The notes beneath the pieces were generated by a model. It ran no database searches. It was not told the origin of the DNA and worked only from the letters and a program-made list of their open reading frames with translations. A stretch of 64,000 nucleotides of DNA, taken from NCBI GenBank assembly GCA_964649715.1, contig CAZYTH010000001.1, positions 9,245-73,244 of the forward strand. Direction: 5' to 3'. The number at the start of each line of letters is the position of its first letter. Positions within the stretch are counted from its first letter, which is position 1. Origin of the DNA: an uncultured Candidatus Saccharibacteria bacterium (lineage in GTDB: Bacteria; Patescibacteriota; Minisyncoccia; Phycocordibacterales; UBA12445). Shown one piece after another: positions 1-8,799 of this stretch. The position numbers and the translations under genes are program-made.

Positions 1-1798
1 GGAGGCCTCTGTTACAAATAAACCTAATATACCAAACAAAAAAGACTCTCTGTCTAATACTAAAACAAAAACCGCAGAGGAACTTAAAATTGAAACACAA
101 AGAAAAGTAGAACAACAAAAACAAGCGGAGGAAACCGCAAGGAAGTTGGCGGAAGAAAAATTAATAAAACAACAAGAAGAAGCTAGAATTAAGGCGGAAC
201 AAGAACGGAATTTTGAAGCTCAACGATTAGTAGATAAACTGGCTACAGAAGAAAAGCAGAAAGAAGCAGAAAGACAACAGCGATTGGAAGTTCAACGTTT
301 AACAGAAGAAAAAGCTAAAGCTGAGCAAGAACGGATTCTTGAAGCTCAAAAATTAGCAGATCAACAGGCCGCAGAAGAGAGACAAAAAGAAATTGAAAGA
401 CAACAACAGTTGGAAAATAAACGTTTGGCAGAAGAAAAAGTAGGCACTAAGGTACAGGGAATAATATCGCAAAATACTATCTGGACATTAGAAAATAGTC
501 CGTATTTAGTTGTTGGAAATTTAAAAATAGAGAAAGGGGTAACCTTAGAAATAAATCCGGGAGTGGTTATACGTTTTGATGGCAATTATTATTTAATGGT
601 AGCAGGAGAACTAAAAAGTAAAGGAACACCCCAAAATCTGGTTACTTTTACTTCAAACAAAACGAATCCACAACCTGGAGATTGGGAAACGATTGAATTT
701 ATTAATTCTGCAATACCCACTACATTTAATGAAAATGGGGAATATACGAGCGGGAGTATAATTCAATTTACCAAAGTTGAATATGCCAAAACAGGAATAA
801 CTTACAAAGAAGGAAATGGACTTTTAATTGATAATAATATTATACAAAATAATGGAGCAACTTCTTGGGGAGGCGGAATCTATCTAGCAAATATATCTTG
901 GTCAAAGATTACCAATAATACTATCCGAAATAATTCGGCGGGGACAGGTGGGGGTTTATATTTGGAATCATTCAGGGGAGAGGTAACAAATAATACTATT
1001 TCCGATAATTCCTCAATGACTTTTGGGGGTGGTGGAATTTTTGTTGAGATTCATCGCGGAAAAATAGAAAATAATATTATAAATGATAATAAAGGAAAAC
1101 GTAATGGGGGTGGACTAGAAATATACAATTCTTGGGTTGCAGAAACAACTTATTCTCAAATCACGATAAAAAATAATCATATAAAAAATAATTTTGCTGA
1201 ACAAGGAGGTGGTGGAATATATTTAGAAGAATCTAAACTAATAAATCTATCTGGTAATACGATAGAAAACAATACCGCAGTGGGTGGCGGAGGAATAGCA
1301 TATTTAAATTTAGATGGGCAAATAATAAACAATATAATACAAAACAATACGGCTAAATTTAGTGGTGGAGGAATATCTGGAAATAATTGGAGTAGTTGGC
1401 GTACAAAACTTAGTATTAGCCACAATAATATATTGGCGAATACCTCTGAAATAAATACTTCACACTGTGGTGGGGGTGGCATATATATTGACGATAGTGC
1501 TCTGATCGAAAATAATATTATTAAACAAAATAAGGCTTTGTCGGGAAATGGCGGTTCCATTTATATATACGAAGAAGGAAATATACAAATCAACAATAAT
1601 ATGTTCGTTGGCAATGGTAGTATTAATGAAATATATACTGATACTGCCAATATAGATGTTTCAAATAACTGGTGGGGTACAACTGATACCTCTGTTATTG
1701 AGTCAAGGATCTATGATTACACAGATGATTTTAAACGGGGAAAAATTACTTATATTCCCTTTGCGACATCAGAATTAGCAGGAGCAGGAGTTCAGTAA
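1..1798 (+). CDS. Secreted/surface protein, 5' partial. N-terminal Glu/Lys/Gln-rich coiled-coil repeats (KAEQER / EAQRL), then right-handed parallel beta-helix repeats (recurring NNxIxxN...GGGIY).
   Basis: The frame is open from window position 2 with no upstream stop, so the gene starts before the window. The N-terminal repeats have a ~22-aa period. There are more than 10 beta-helix-like repeats with the GGG(I/L)Y motif, typical of pectate-lyase-fold adhesins. Confidence 0.6.
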   Translation, partial: EASVTNKPNIPNKKDSLSNTKTKTAEELKIETQRKVEQQKQAEETARKLAEEKLIKQQEEARIKAEQERNFEAQRLVDKLATEEKQKEAERQQRLEVQRLTEEKAKAEQERILEAQKLADQQAAEERQKEIERQQQLENKRLAEEKVGTKVQGIISQNTIWTLENSPYLVVGNLKIEKGVTLEINPGVVIRFDGNYYLMVAGELKSKGTPQNLVTFTSNKTNPQPGDWETIEFINSAIPTTFNENGEYTSGSIIQFTKVEYAKTGITYKEGNGLLIDNNIIQNNGATSWGGGIYLANISWSKITNNTIRNNSAGTGGGLYLESFRGEVTNNTISDNSSMTFGGGGIFVEIHRGKIENNIINDNKGKRNGGGLEIYNSWVAETTYSQITIKNNHIKNNFAEQGGGGIYLEESKLINLSGNTIENNTAVGGGGIAYLNLDGQIINNIIQNNTAKFSGGGISGNNWSSWRTKLSISHNNILANTSEINTSHCGGGGIYIDDSALIENNIIKQNKALSGNGGSIYIYEEGNIQINNNMFVGNGSINEIYTDTANIDVSNNWWGTTDTSVIESRIYDYTDDFKRGKITYIPFATSELAGAGVQ

Positions 1799-1810
1799 TC
1801 TTCCAAAACT

Positions 1811-2299
1811 ATGATAAAGATAAATAATAAACAAAAACATGTGGAGGTATTAGTGGCTTCTACATCACCAATAGTCTGGGAAAAAGTTGTTACCAAAGAC
1901 AACCTTGCTACACAAAGAGAAAATACAGCAGATGCCGAGTATGTTGCTTTTTTGCGTATTCATCTTAAAGATAATAATTTAGGGAAATCAGTTATTACTC
2001 ATATTGCCAAAGTGAAAGAAATCAAAAAAGCACCACTCAAAGAATATTTTAAAAAATATCCAGAGATATTAAAATATTCTAAAGAAAAAGGTAAAAATTG
2101 GGACAAATATGAATACCACAAAGAATATGAACTTGAAGAATTAATAGAACTACCTAACCAGATTAGTTGTAGAATAGGAACTGGGGAAGGAAAAAGATGT
2201 CAAGAAAGACTCTATACGACACGTGAGGAATTAAATAAGGCAAAGTATTTAAGTGATATAAAGACAATATCGCAACTCAAAAATCATCTTGAGGCATAG
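1811..2299 (+). CDS. Hypothetical protein (162 aa).
   Basis: ORF with a plausible start just downstream of the previous stop. No recognisable motifs. Confidence 0.4.
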   Translation: MIKINNKQKHVEVLVASTSPIVWEKVVTKDNLATQRENTADAEYVAFLRIHLKDNNLGKSVITHIAKVKEIKKAPLKEYFKKYPEILKYSKEKGKNWDKYEYHKEYELEELIELPNQISCRIGTGEGKRCQERLYTTREELNKAKYLSDIKTISQLKNHLEA

Positions 2300-2530
2300 T
2301 ATTTTCTGCTTCTCTATGGAATTCACTCGTTTCAGTGCTTTCTCTGGAAAAGTTAACAAAACGATACAGAATGTCCGACGAGCATATATCTGCCGCCCGA
2401 TTAGGATAGGACGGACACCTCGGTTACTCTCTGAGTTCACTCGATGGCGACAGAGGCCTTCGGAATATGAAAGTAATGGTATCTATTATCTTTGACTTAC
2501 CGACTTACGTGGCGGTTCATTCTTTATAAC

Positions 2531-2574
2531 TTTATAGACCCCTAGTGTTTCATAAAGTTATAAAGTTCCAAATT
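2531..2574. repeat. Perfect 14-bp inverted repeat, CTTTATAACTTTAT ... ATAAAGTTATAAAG, with a 16-bp spacer, upstream of gene 2622.
   Basis: Read directly from the sequence. The same 15-mer CTTTATAACTTTATA recurs at 8076-8090. Confidence 0.6.
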
Positions 2575-2621
2575 GACTTTGCAATTGGACAACTACTAGA
2601 TAGTACTGTAATAATACTCTC

Positions 2622-3383
2622 ATGGAATTTTCAAACATAGACTTTAAATATACAAACCAAATTAAGCGTTTGATTAACGAAATGCTTGATTACTGGAATG
2701 TTCGCAGACAACAGGGAGCTACTCCAGATAAAATAAAATATCTAGACCCACTTAAAACTGATTTTTTTACAGATTATGAGAATAAAGACATTTCAGAATA
2801 TACAAATACTATTAAATTCTTAATGTGGTTAAGAAACAACAATGCTATCGAACACGGAGGAGACATGGATGAAGGAAGACTTGCTATATTTGACGACCCT
2901 GAGGAGTACTACGATTATCCGAAGGTTATGGAGATAAAGATCAGAGACAATAAACCGATTGAACGTCTTCGTTGTTATTTCCTTGGACAATCTCCAGAAG
3001 TGAAAGTTATAGAAAATCATTACTTCTTTATAGATGATAATAGGGATTTCTCTTATGGAGAGGAAAATAAAAGAAATGCAATAAAATTTAAAAACAAGGG
3101 AACTATATATTACAAAGTTTTTAGGGCATTATATGAACTTGATGGCGGTAATAATCGCATTGTTACACATACCGAAATAAATAATAAATTATTAGAATTC
3201 GGAGAGAAAGATAAGGATACTGAAAGTAAGCGTATCAGTAGGATAAAAACAGCTATATTGCATTTGAAAAATAATATAGCCAAAGAAATAGGATTACCAC
3301 TGAAAATAAAAGGAAGAGAAGTTATAACAGTAAAAAGAGGTGAAGGTTACAAATTTTATAACCCCCTCAACGGTTTATACTAA
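2622..3383 (+). CDS. Putative DNA-binding protein with a C-terminal OmpR/CadC-type winged-helix.
   Basis: The C-terminus reads ...KGREVITVKRGEGYKFYNP, resembling the trans_reg_C wing motif (I.TVRGVGYR). The N-terminal part has no match. Confidence 0.45.
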   Translation: MEFSNIDFKYTNQIKRLINEMLDYWNVRRQQGATPDKIKYLDPLKTDFFTDYENKDISEYTNTIKFLMWLRNNNAIEHGGDMDEGRLAIFDDPEEYYDYPKVMEIKIRDNKPIERLRCYFLGQSPEVKVIENHYFFIDDNRDFSYGEENKRNAIKFKNKGTIYYKVFRALYELDGGNNRIVTHTEINNKLLEFGEKDKDTESKRISRIKTAILHLKNNIAKEIGLPLKIKGREVITVKRGEGYKFYNPLNGLY

Positions 3384-3425
3384 AAGAAGATTCAGAAGAA
3401 AAGAACAATAAATCTTCTATGAAGA

Positions 3426-3459
3426 ATACGGCTTGATAAGGCCGTATTTTTGTTTTTTT
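3426..3459 (+). terminator. Rho-independent terminator.
   Basis: Hairpin ATACGGC-ttgataag-GCCGTAT followed by TTTTTGTTTTTTT. Confidence 0.5.
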
Positions 3460-3612
3460 ATCTACCAATTCTGCCAATTCTTCCAAAGGCATATCGGCCA
3501 GCTTCAAGCATACTAATCATATGAAAAGGGAATATGAAACAAAAGTGGTCGATATTAAATCATTTATATTTTCTTGTAAGTTTTGGGAAAGATATTTTTA
3601 AATTAGTTTTTT

Positions 3613-3801
3613 ATGCAACTTACACAAAAATCTCTAGACAAATATAAAAAACTTTATCTCAAGATTTTTGGTGAGGTAATTTCTGACGAAGAAGTAGGAA
3701 GGAAGGCAACATACCTATTAGAAATTTTCAGGGTGGTGTACGGGATGTCTATTGCAGGAGAGACTAGTGTGGCGGTGAGATATGGAGAAAAAGACTATTA
3801 A
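3613..3801 (+). CDS. Small hypothetical protein (62 aa).
   Basis: ORF only. Confidence 0.25.
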   Translation: MQLTQKSLDKYKKLYLKIFGEVISDEEVGRKATYLLEIFRVVYGMSIAGETSVAVRYGEKDY

Positions 3802-3828
3802 AAAGAGTAATTAATAAAATATAATTTT

Positions 3829-5682
3829 ATGCAAGATGAAAAAATAGATGAGCCTTCTGTTGTGAGTAACTTACTAAAAACAGCGTTAAGTTACCTACAA
3901 ATGGGGTTTAGTATTATTCCAGTAAGCGGAAAAGAATCTATGGTTAAATGGAAAGAGTTCCAAACGAGATTACCAACAAAAGAGGAAGTTGAAAAATGGT
4001 TTTTTGAATTAGAGCCGACTGGGATAGCCATTGTTTGCGGAAAAGTATCTAACGTGGTTATTTTGGATATCGAAGCGAGTCACGGTGACATAACAAACTT
4101 AAATATTCCAAAAACCCCAACCGTTCGGAGTGGCGGTGGAGGCTTCCATTTCTATTTTAAATATCCAGAATCAGGTTCGATAAAATCCATCAACCTTCGA
4201 CAGAAAATGAAAATAGAAGGTGAATTGAAGTCTGATGGAACAATTGTGGTCGTTCCGCCGTCGCGACACCCATCGGGTGGGATATATAAATGGCAAGTTC
4301 CCTTTGAAGAAGCCGATTTAGTTGATATTCCAGAATGGTTATTAAGTCCACAAATGGAGGAGAGGGAAGTAGAAGTTAATCAACAAAATGACTGGGAATA
4401 TCTACTTGAAGGAGTCGACGAGGGCTCTCGAAACACCTCTGCTACAAAAATAATTGGAAAGTTATTGAGATATATTCCCCCACACAACTGGGACGAATTC
4501 GTTTGGCCATTAGTGGAGATGGTTAACGATAAAAATAACCCACCGCTTCCAGATGAAGAATTGAGAGTAATTTTTGAGAGTTTGGTTAGAAAAGAATCCG
4601 CAAGGCAAACTACGGAAAACAATCTATCCCACATTCAAGAAATCCTATCGGATGAAAATTTTAAATTAAAACCGATAAGTCTCAATGAGTTGCTTATACG
4701 AGAATTACCAGAAATACAATGGACGATCGACCAACTTATTCCTGAAGCCGGTCTTGCTGTGTTATCGGCTCCGCCGGCACACCATAAAACTTGGATGGCA
4801 TTATATTTTGCAATTCAAGTTGCAAACGGCGATAAAATATTTGATAGATTTGCAACAAAAAAATGCAATGTATTGTTCGTAGAGGAAGACTCGAATGACA
4901 GACTTATCACTTTACGAGTTAAAAAACTGTCTTCTCTCGATAAAGATGCATCTCTCCATTTTTTATTTCGATGCGGTCTTAAATTTGATGATTCACGAAT
5001 GATGGATGAATTTATTAAATTTATTAAAGAAAATAATATCGGATTTGTAGTTTTCGACTCCTTAATTCAATTTCATAACAGAGACGAGAATATTAATAAA
5101 GATATGGCACTGGTCTTTGGTCCTCTAAAGAAGATAACCAACATGGGAGTATCTGTTTTAGTCTTACACCACCACAGAAAAGAGAGTGGCGATGAAAATA
5201 ACTTGTCTTGGCGAGACAGATCACAGAGTCTTCGAGGAGCTTCAATGATTCTCTCATTACTAAATTCGCACCTTGTGATTCATCGCCAGAGTCAAAATAA
5301 ATCAATCCTTAGGCAGACTAAACTTTGGGAGAGAGAGGAAATGAAACCACTGGAATTCGAATTAATTGACGAGGGAGAGAAAGTGGTTATCAGATGTCTG
5401 GGTGAGATTGAGAAAGAGAAAGATAAAAAAACATTAGCAAAAGAAGCAATACTCGCAAATTTGAATGAAGAGTCCCTTACCAGAAGCCAACTTGCGGAAA
5501 AACTAAAGGATATCGCGAGCGAAAGCATTGTTGCCAACTTGGTTGCCGAAATGAAAAGAAACAAAGAAATAATTGTTGTAATGAAAATTGGCAAAAAAGG
5601 AAGAGTCGAACAGTATGGATTACCTGACGATGACCCAGATTTTAACAACAAAGAAGCGGCTAGTAACAAGCAAGCTTTATAA
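3829..5682 (+). CDS. Bifunctional primase-polymerase (Prim-Pol N-terminal domain) fused to a RepA/AAA_25-like P-loop helicase domain. A plasmid/phage-type replication initiator.
   Basis: N-terminus: GFSIIPVSGKESMVKWKEFQ ... VVILDIE ... GGGGFHFYF (bifunctional DNA primase/polymerase signature). Middle region has a degenerate Walker A (SAPPAHHKTW) and a Walker B-like VLFVEED. It lies next to a serine integrase. Confidence 0.65.
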   Translation: MQDEKIDEPSVVSNLLKTALSYLQMGFSIIPVSGKESMVKWKEFQTRLPTKEEVEKWFFELEPTGIAIVCGKVSNVVILDIEASHGDITNLNIPKTPTVRSGGGGFHFYFKYPESGSIKSINLRQKMKIEGELKSDGTIVVVPPSRHPSGGIYKWQVPFEEADLVDIPEWLLSPQMEEREVEVNQQNDWEYLLEGVDEGSRNTSATKIIGKLLRYIPPHNWDEFVWPLVEMVNDKNNPPLPDEELRVIFESLVRKESARQTTENNLSHIQEILSDENFKLKPISLNELLIRELPEIQWTIDQLIPEAGLAVLSAPPAHHKTWMALYFAIQVANGDKIFDRFATKKCNVLFVEEDSNDRLITLRVKKLSSLDKDASLHFLFRCGLKFDDSRMMDEFIKFIKENNIGFVVFDSLIQFHNRDENINKDMALVFGPLKKITNMGVSVLVLHHHRKESGDENNLSWRDRSQSLRGASMILSLLNSHLVIHRQSQNKSILRQTKLWEREEMKPLEFELIDEGEKVVIRCLGEIEKEKDKKTLAKEAILANLNEESLTRSQLAEKLKDIASESIVANLVAEMKRNKEIIVVMKIGKKGRVEQYGLPDDDPDFNNKEAASNKQAL

Positions 5683-5843
5683 GATTATATTTTTATAGAG
5701 GTCTGTAAACTTATAAAGTTGAATTTGTTTTTAAAAGGTTAAAACATCGGTGGGTTTAATATATAAAAAGATGGTACGACCTGTACTTTGGTGACACACA
5801 TAATAATATAAATATATTATTATATTTAGCCATATTTTAAGTT

Positions 5844-6005
5844 ATGAATAGTATCGAAGAATTGAGAGACTACGCGATTGCTGATGAAATCTTAAGAATT
5901 AAAACATTGTCTCGAGAGGAACTTATTAGCGAATTGGTGGCGGTAAAGTCTGAAATGATAGAGTCCTTTACTGACTTGAAAGAAATAAGAAAGTATGGAA
6001 ATTAA
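5844..6005 (+). CDS. Small ORF (53 aa) overlapping the integrase start. Candidate excisionase/RDF-like accessory protein.
   Basis: ATG at 5844, translating MNSIEELRDYAIADEILRIKTL...; it ends 11 nt inside the integrase ORF. It is absent from the supplied ORF track because it is shorter than 60 aa. Confidence 0.25.
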   Translation: MNSIEELRDYAIADEILRIKTLSREELISELVAVKSEMIESFTDLKEIRKYGN

Positions 6006-7674
6006 AAATCAAAAACTTAAATATTTTGTTTATGCCAGGAGGTCAATTGAAAAGAAAGATAAAGAAGAACGAGTGGCTTCTGTTGAGTCTCAACTTTTTG
6101 AAGTTAAGGAGATTGCAAAGAGAGAAAATTTAAAAATTATTGACACTTTCACAGAAACAAAATCAGCTAAAAGACCAGGTCGTCCGTACTTCGGAGAGAT
6201 GATGGACAGAATAGAAAAAGGACAAGCAAATGGAATTTTGTGTTGGAAGATGGATAGACTAGCTCGTAACCCTATCGACGCTGGGAGGATACAGTATCTA
6301 TTACAAACAGGAGTTCTTCAAAACATAAAAGCATCTGACAGGGATTGGTATCCAGACGATAACGTACTTATCTCTTCAGTTGAGTTCGGTGTTTCCAATC
6401 AATACTCAATAGACTTGGCAAAACATATAAAGAGAGGACTCAGAGACCGTTTGAATTCGGGAGTTAGACCGAGTATTGCTCCGATTGGTTATTTGAACAG
6501 TAGATATCATGAAAAAGGCTCGGAAGAAATTCTTGTCGATGAAGAGAGATTTTTCAAAGTTAGAAAATTGTTTGATTTAATGCTTACGGGACAATATTCT
6601 CCACTCCAGTTGGTTGAAATTGCAGATAAAGAATTACAACTTACAACTCGAGGGGTCGGGAGACATCAGAGTAAACCAATGGGAAAGTCGAATATGTATC
6701 GGGTGCTTACTAGTACTTTCTATTATGGAAGTTTTGAGTATCCAGCGGGAAGCGGAAACTGGTATGAGGGGAAACACAAACCTATTATCACCAAGGAAGA
6801 ATATGACAAGGTTCAATTTCTTCTCGGTCGTGGTGGAAGACCAAGACCAAAAACTCATATATTTGCTTATACAGGGCTTATGAGATGTTCCTGCTGTGGG
6901 GCCAGAGTGACCGCAGAGGAGAAATGGAAACATCAAAAGAATGGGAACTCTCATAACTATATTTATTATCATTGTACGGGCAGTGTGTCTCCAGACTGTA
7001 CTGGAAAGTGTGTCGAGGTGAAAGTTTTGGAAAAACAAATTGACGAGTTTCTTTCCAAGATTGAAATTCCTCCAGAGTTTCATGAATGGGCTATTGAGGA
7101 ATTGAAAAAACTTCACGGAAAAGAAAAGGGTGATAGAAATTCATTGATTAATAATCATGAACGTGACTATAAGGATTGTGTTTCTCGTCTTGATACTTTG
7201 GTTGAGCTCCGACTTAACAGAAAGATTTCTGACGAAATGTACGAGAGAAAGGAAAAGGAACTATTGGATAAAAAAAGAGAGTTGAAGCAATTGTTTGATG
7301 GAGATGATAAGAGGGTAGACGATTGGCTCGTTAGACTTGAAAGCACCCTTACTTTTGCAGAGAGAGCAAGAGAAGAATTCAAAAATGGTGATATCACCAA
7401 GAGAAGACAAATCATGACGGCTCTCGGGACTGAACATATTCTTAAAGACAGGGAAATTATTATCCAAACAGAAAAACCACTCCTTATACTTCAAGAAGTG
7501 GTTTCCGAGAACAATAAGTTATTAGATCCATTAGAACCTCCCAAAAGTGTTGGAAACAATGGGCGAATCAAACAAATCTACAACAAAAGTTCATCAATGT
7601 GGAGATGGGGGGAATCGAACCCCCGTGCAAAGGATTTCTCTAAGCTACCAATAGAAGACGTAGTTCGATTTTAA
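5995..7674 (+). CDS. Large serine recombinase (resolvase/invertase N-terminal catalytic domain, recombinase domain, Cys-rich zinc ribbon).
   Basis: YVYARRSIEKKDKEERVASVESQ carries the catalytic serine. A CxxC...C cluster (CSCCGARVT ... HCTGSVSPDCTGKC) follows. The C-terminal ~25 codons overlap the tmRNA 3' end. Confidence 0.85.
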   Translation: MEIKNQKLKYFVYARRSIEKKDKEERVASVESQLFEVKEIAKRENLKIIDTFTETKSAKRPGRPYFGEMMDRIEKGQANGILCWKMDRLARNPIDAGRIQYLLQTGVLQNIKASDRDWYPDDNVLISSVEFGVSNQYSIDLAKHIKRGLRDRLNSGVRPSIAPIGYLNSRYHEKGSEEILVDEERFFKVRKLFDLMLTGQYSPLQLVEIADKELQLTTRGVGRHQSKPMGKSNMYRVLTSTFYYGSFEYPAGSGNWYEGKHKPIITKEEYDKVQFLLGRGGRPRPKTHIFAYTGLMRCSCCGARVTAEEKWKHQKNGNSHNYIYYHCTGSVSPDCTGKCVEVKVLEKQIDEFLSKIEIPPEFHEWAIEELKKLHGKEKGDRNSLINNHERDYKDCVSRLDTLVELRLNRKISDEMYERKEKELLDKKRELKQLFDGDDKRVDDWLVRLESTLTFAERAREEFKNGDITKRRQIMTALGTEHILKDREIIIQTEKPLLILQEVVSENNKLLDPLEPPKSVGNNGRIKQIYNKSSSMWRWGESNPRAKDFSKLPIEDVVRF

Positions 7675-8011
7675 TTTGTATCATAACTTCACCTAAGTGA
7701 GTTAGACACTGTTTCGGAACTATTCTGATAGTAATCGAACAACAGCAGATTGTTCCTATTTCCTTAAATTTTGGAAAATCATCGGAAACATAATTTTCCT
7801 ATCCCGATTTTATGACGCCTGATCGAAATTATCGGAAGTCATCCGACCAAACGGTTACGCTAAAACGTAAACTGGAGCGAAAGGGGATACAATCCTCTTC
7901 GCTACATCTGACAAGTTTGCACTTATCGTTCCTAAGTTTATTTAACGAGCCTCTTAGGGTCCTCGGTCTTCAGTAGATTAGATACGACCAATGTCTAGGC
8001 CGATCATCCCC
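7600..8011 (-). ncRNA. ssrA: tmRNA (ssrA), one-piece, ~412 nt.
   Basis: The minus-strand RNA starts GGGGAUGAUCGG and ends ...CGGGGGUUCGAUUCCCCCCAUCUCCA. The 7-bp acceptor stem GGGGAUG/CAUCUCC includes a G3:U70 pair (Ala identity) and an A discriminator, and the T-arm is GGGGG-UUCGAUU-CCCCC. The gene sits immediately downstream of smpB on the same strand. A candidate tag ORF begins with a GCA resume codon and reads ANLSDVAKRIVSPFAPVYVLA-stop. Confidence 0.7.
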
Positions 8012-8033
8012 AAAATTTTGCATAGTAAAATTT

Positions 8034-8090
8034 AGTTATAAAGTTTTTAAATTATAAGTGTTCACTTGGGGCGAACTTTATAACTTTATA
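8034..8090. repeat. 12-bp inverted repeat AGTTATAAAGTT ... AACTTTATAACT with a 28-bp spacer, plus the tandem ACTTTATA ACTTTATA. It lies in the ssrA promoter region.
   Basis: Read directly from the sequence. It shares the 15-mer CTTTATAACTTTATA with 2531-2545. Confidence 0.55.
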
Positions 8091-8119
8091 CTTGATAACA
8101 TTATAACTTTTAACTAATC

Positions 8120-8566
8120 TTACCTTCCTTCTTTGATTATTCTTTCAATGTTCTTCTTCGCCTCCCTATTTTTTATTGTTTCTCTCTTGTCGAACTCTTT
8201 CTTTCCGCGGGAAACAGCAATTTCAATCTTTATTTTATTCCCTTTATTATACATTGAAAGGGGCACTATTGTCAAACCCTTTTGGTTGGTTGTATTTGAT
8301 AGTTTGAGTATCTCTTTTTTTGTAAGTAATACTCTTCTTAGTCTTGTCGGGTCATAGTCTTTTGGCGCGTTCTTTGGCTGATAAGAGGGAATATCGGCAT
8401 TTATTAGATACGCTTCACCGCCCCGAAGTATCACATAAGATGCATCTAACACACCATGGCCTTCCTTTATGGACTTGACCTCAGTTCCCAAAAGTTCTAT
8501 TCCAGCCTCGTATTTGTCTATCTGTTCGTATTTTAGGCCGTATTTTTTGTTTCGAATAAGAGACAT
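8120..8566 (-). CDS. smpB: SsrA-binding protein SmpB.
   Basis: 148 aa. MSLIRNKKYGLKYEQIDKYEAGIELLGTEVKSIKEG...LDASYV...GEAYL is the canonical SmpB N-terminus. It is adjacent to the tmRNA. Confidence 0.9.
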   Translation of the reverse strand: MSLIRNKKYGLKYEQIDKYEAGIELLGTEVKSIKEGHGVLDASYVILRGGEAYLINADIPSYQPKNAPKDYDPTRLRRVLLTKKEILKLSNTTNQKGLTIVPLSMYNKGNKIKIEIAVSRGKKEFDKRETIKNREAKKNIERIIKEGR

Positions 8567-8799
8567 GGCATTATGATAACAAAAGCCAAGATTATAAGTA
8601 AGTCATAGGGGACAGAAGAGGTGTTTTGAGTGTTTATGATTTATGATTTATGATTTATGATTCTTTTTAAAATGCCCTAAAATAAGGTTATAATAAAGTT
8701 TTTGGTGCTCATAGAGAGAGGCCATTGACAATAATGTGCGACGATGATAGTGTTTTTTAAAATTAAGTAAGTTCTTTGTTTTTAAGATATTGGAGGTAA

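Larger units (their letters stand above)
2300..7674 (+). mobile_element. Putative integrative element (serine-integrase type) inserted at the 3' end of ssrA. Cargo: winged-helix protein, primase-helicase, small ORFs. The left boundary is uncertain.
   Basis: The integrase is terminal and convergently overlaps the tmRNA acceptor/T-arm. The cargo is of plasmid/phage type. A short non-coding stretch (2300-2620) precedes gene 2622, and the 14-bp IR (CTTTATAACTTTAT) lies at 2531-2574. Confidence 0.45.

Noticed and set aside
1177-1560. Minus-strand ORFs overlapping large plus-strand genes (also e.g. 36883-37398, 50098-50586, 53455-54105, 10369-10635).
   Set aside because: They are shadow ORFs inside well-supported genes (beta-helix protein, surface protein, trxB, ileS, ftsH). 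Their products are low-complexity with no motifs.
2300-2520. Displaced tmRNA 3' fragment expected at the distal end of the ssrA-inserted element.
   Set aside because: No T-arm/acceptor-like sequence (GGTTCGA.TCC...CCA) was found by eye here. Serine integrases need not create long duplications, so the boundary is left undefined.
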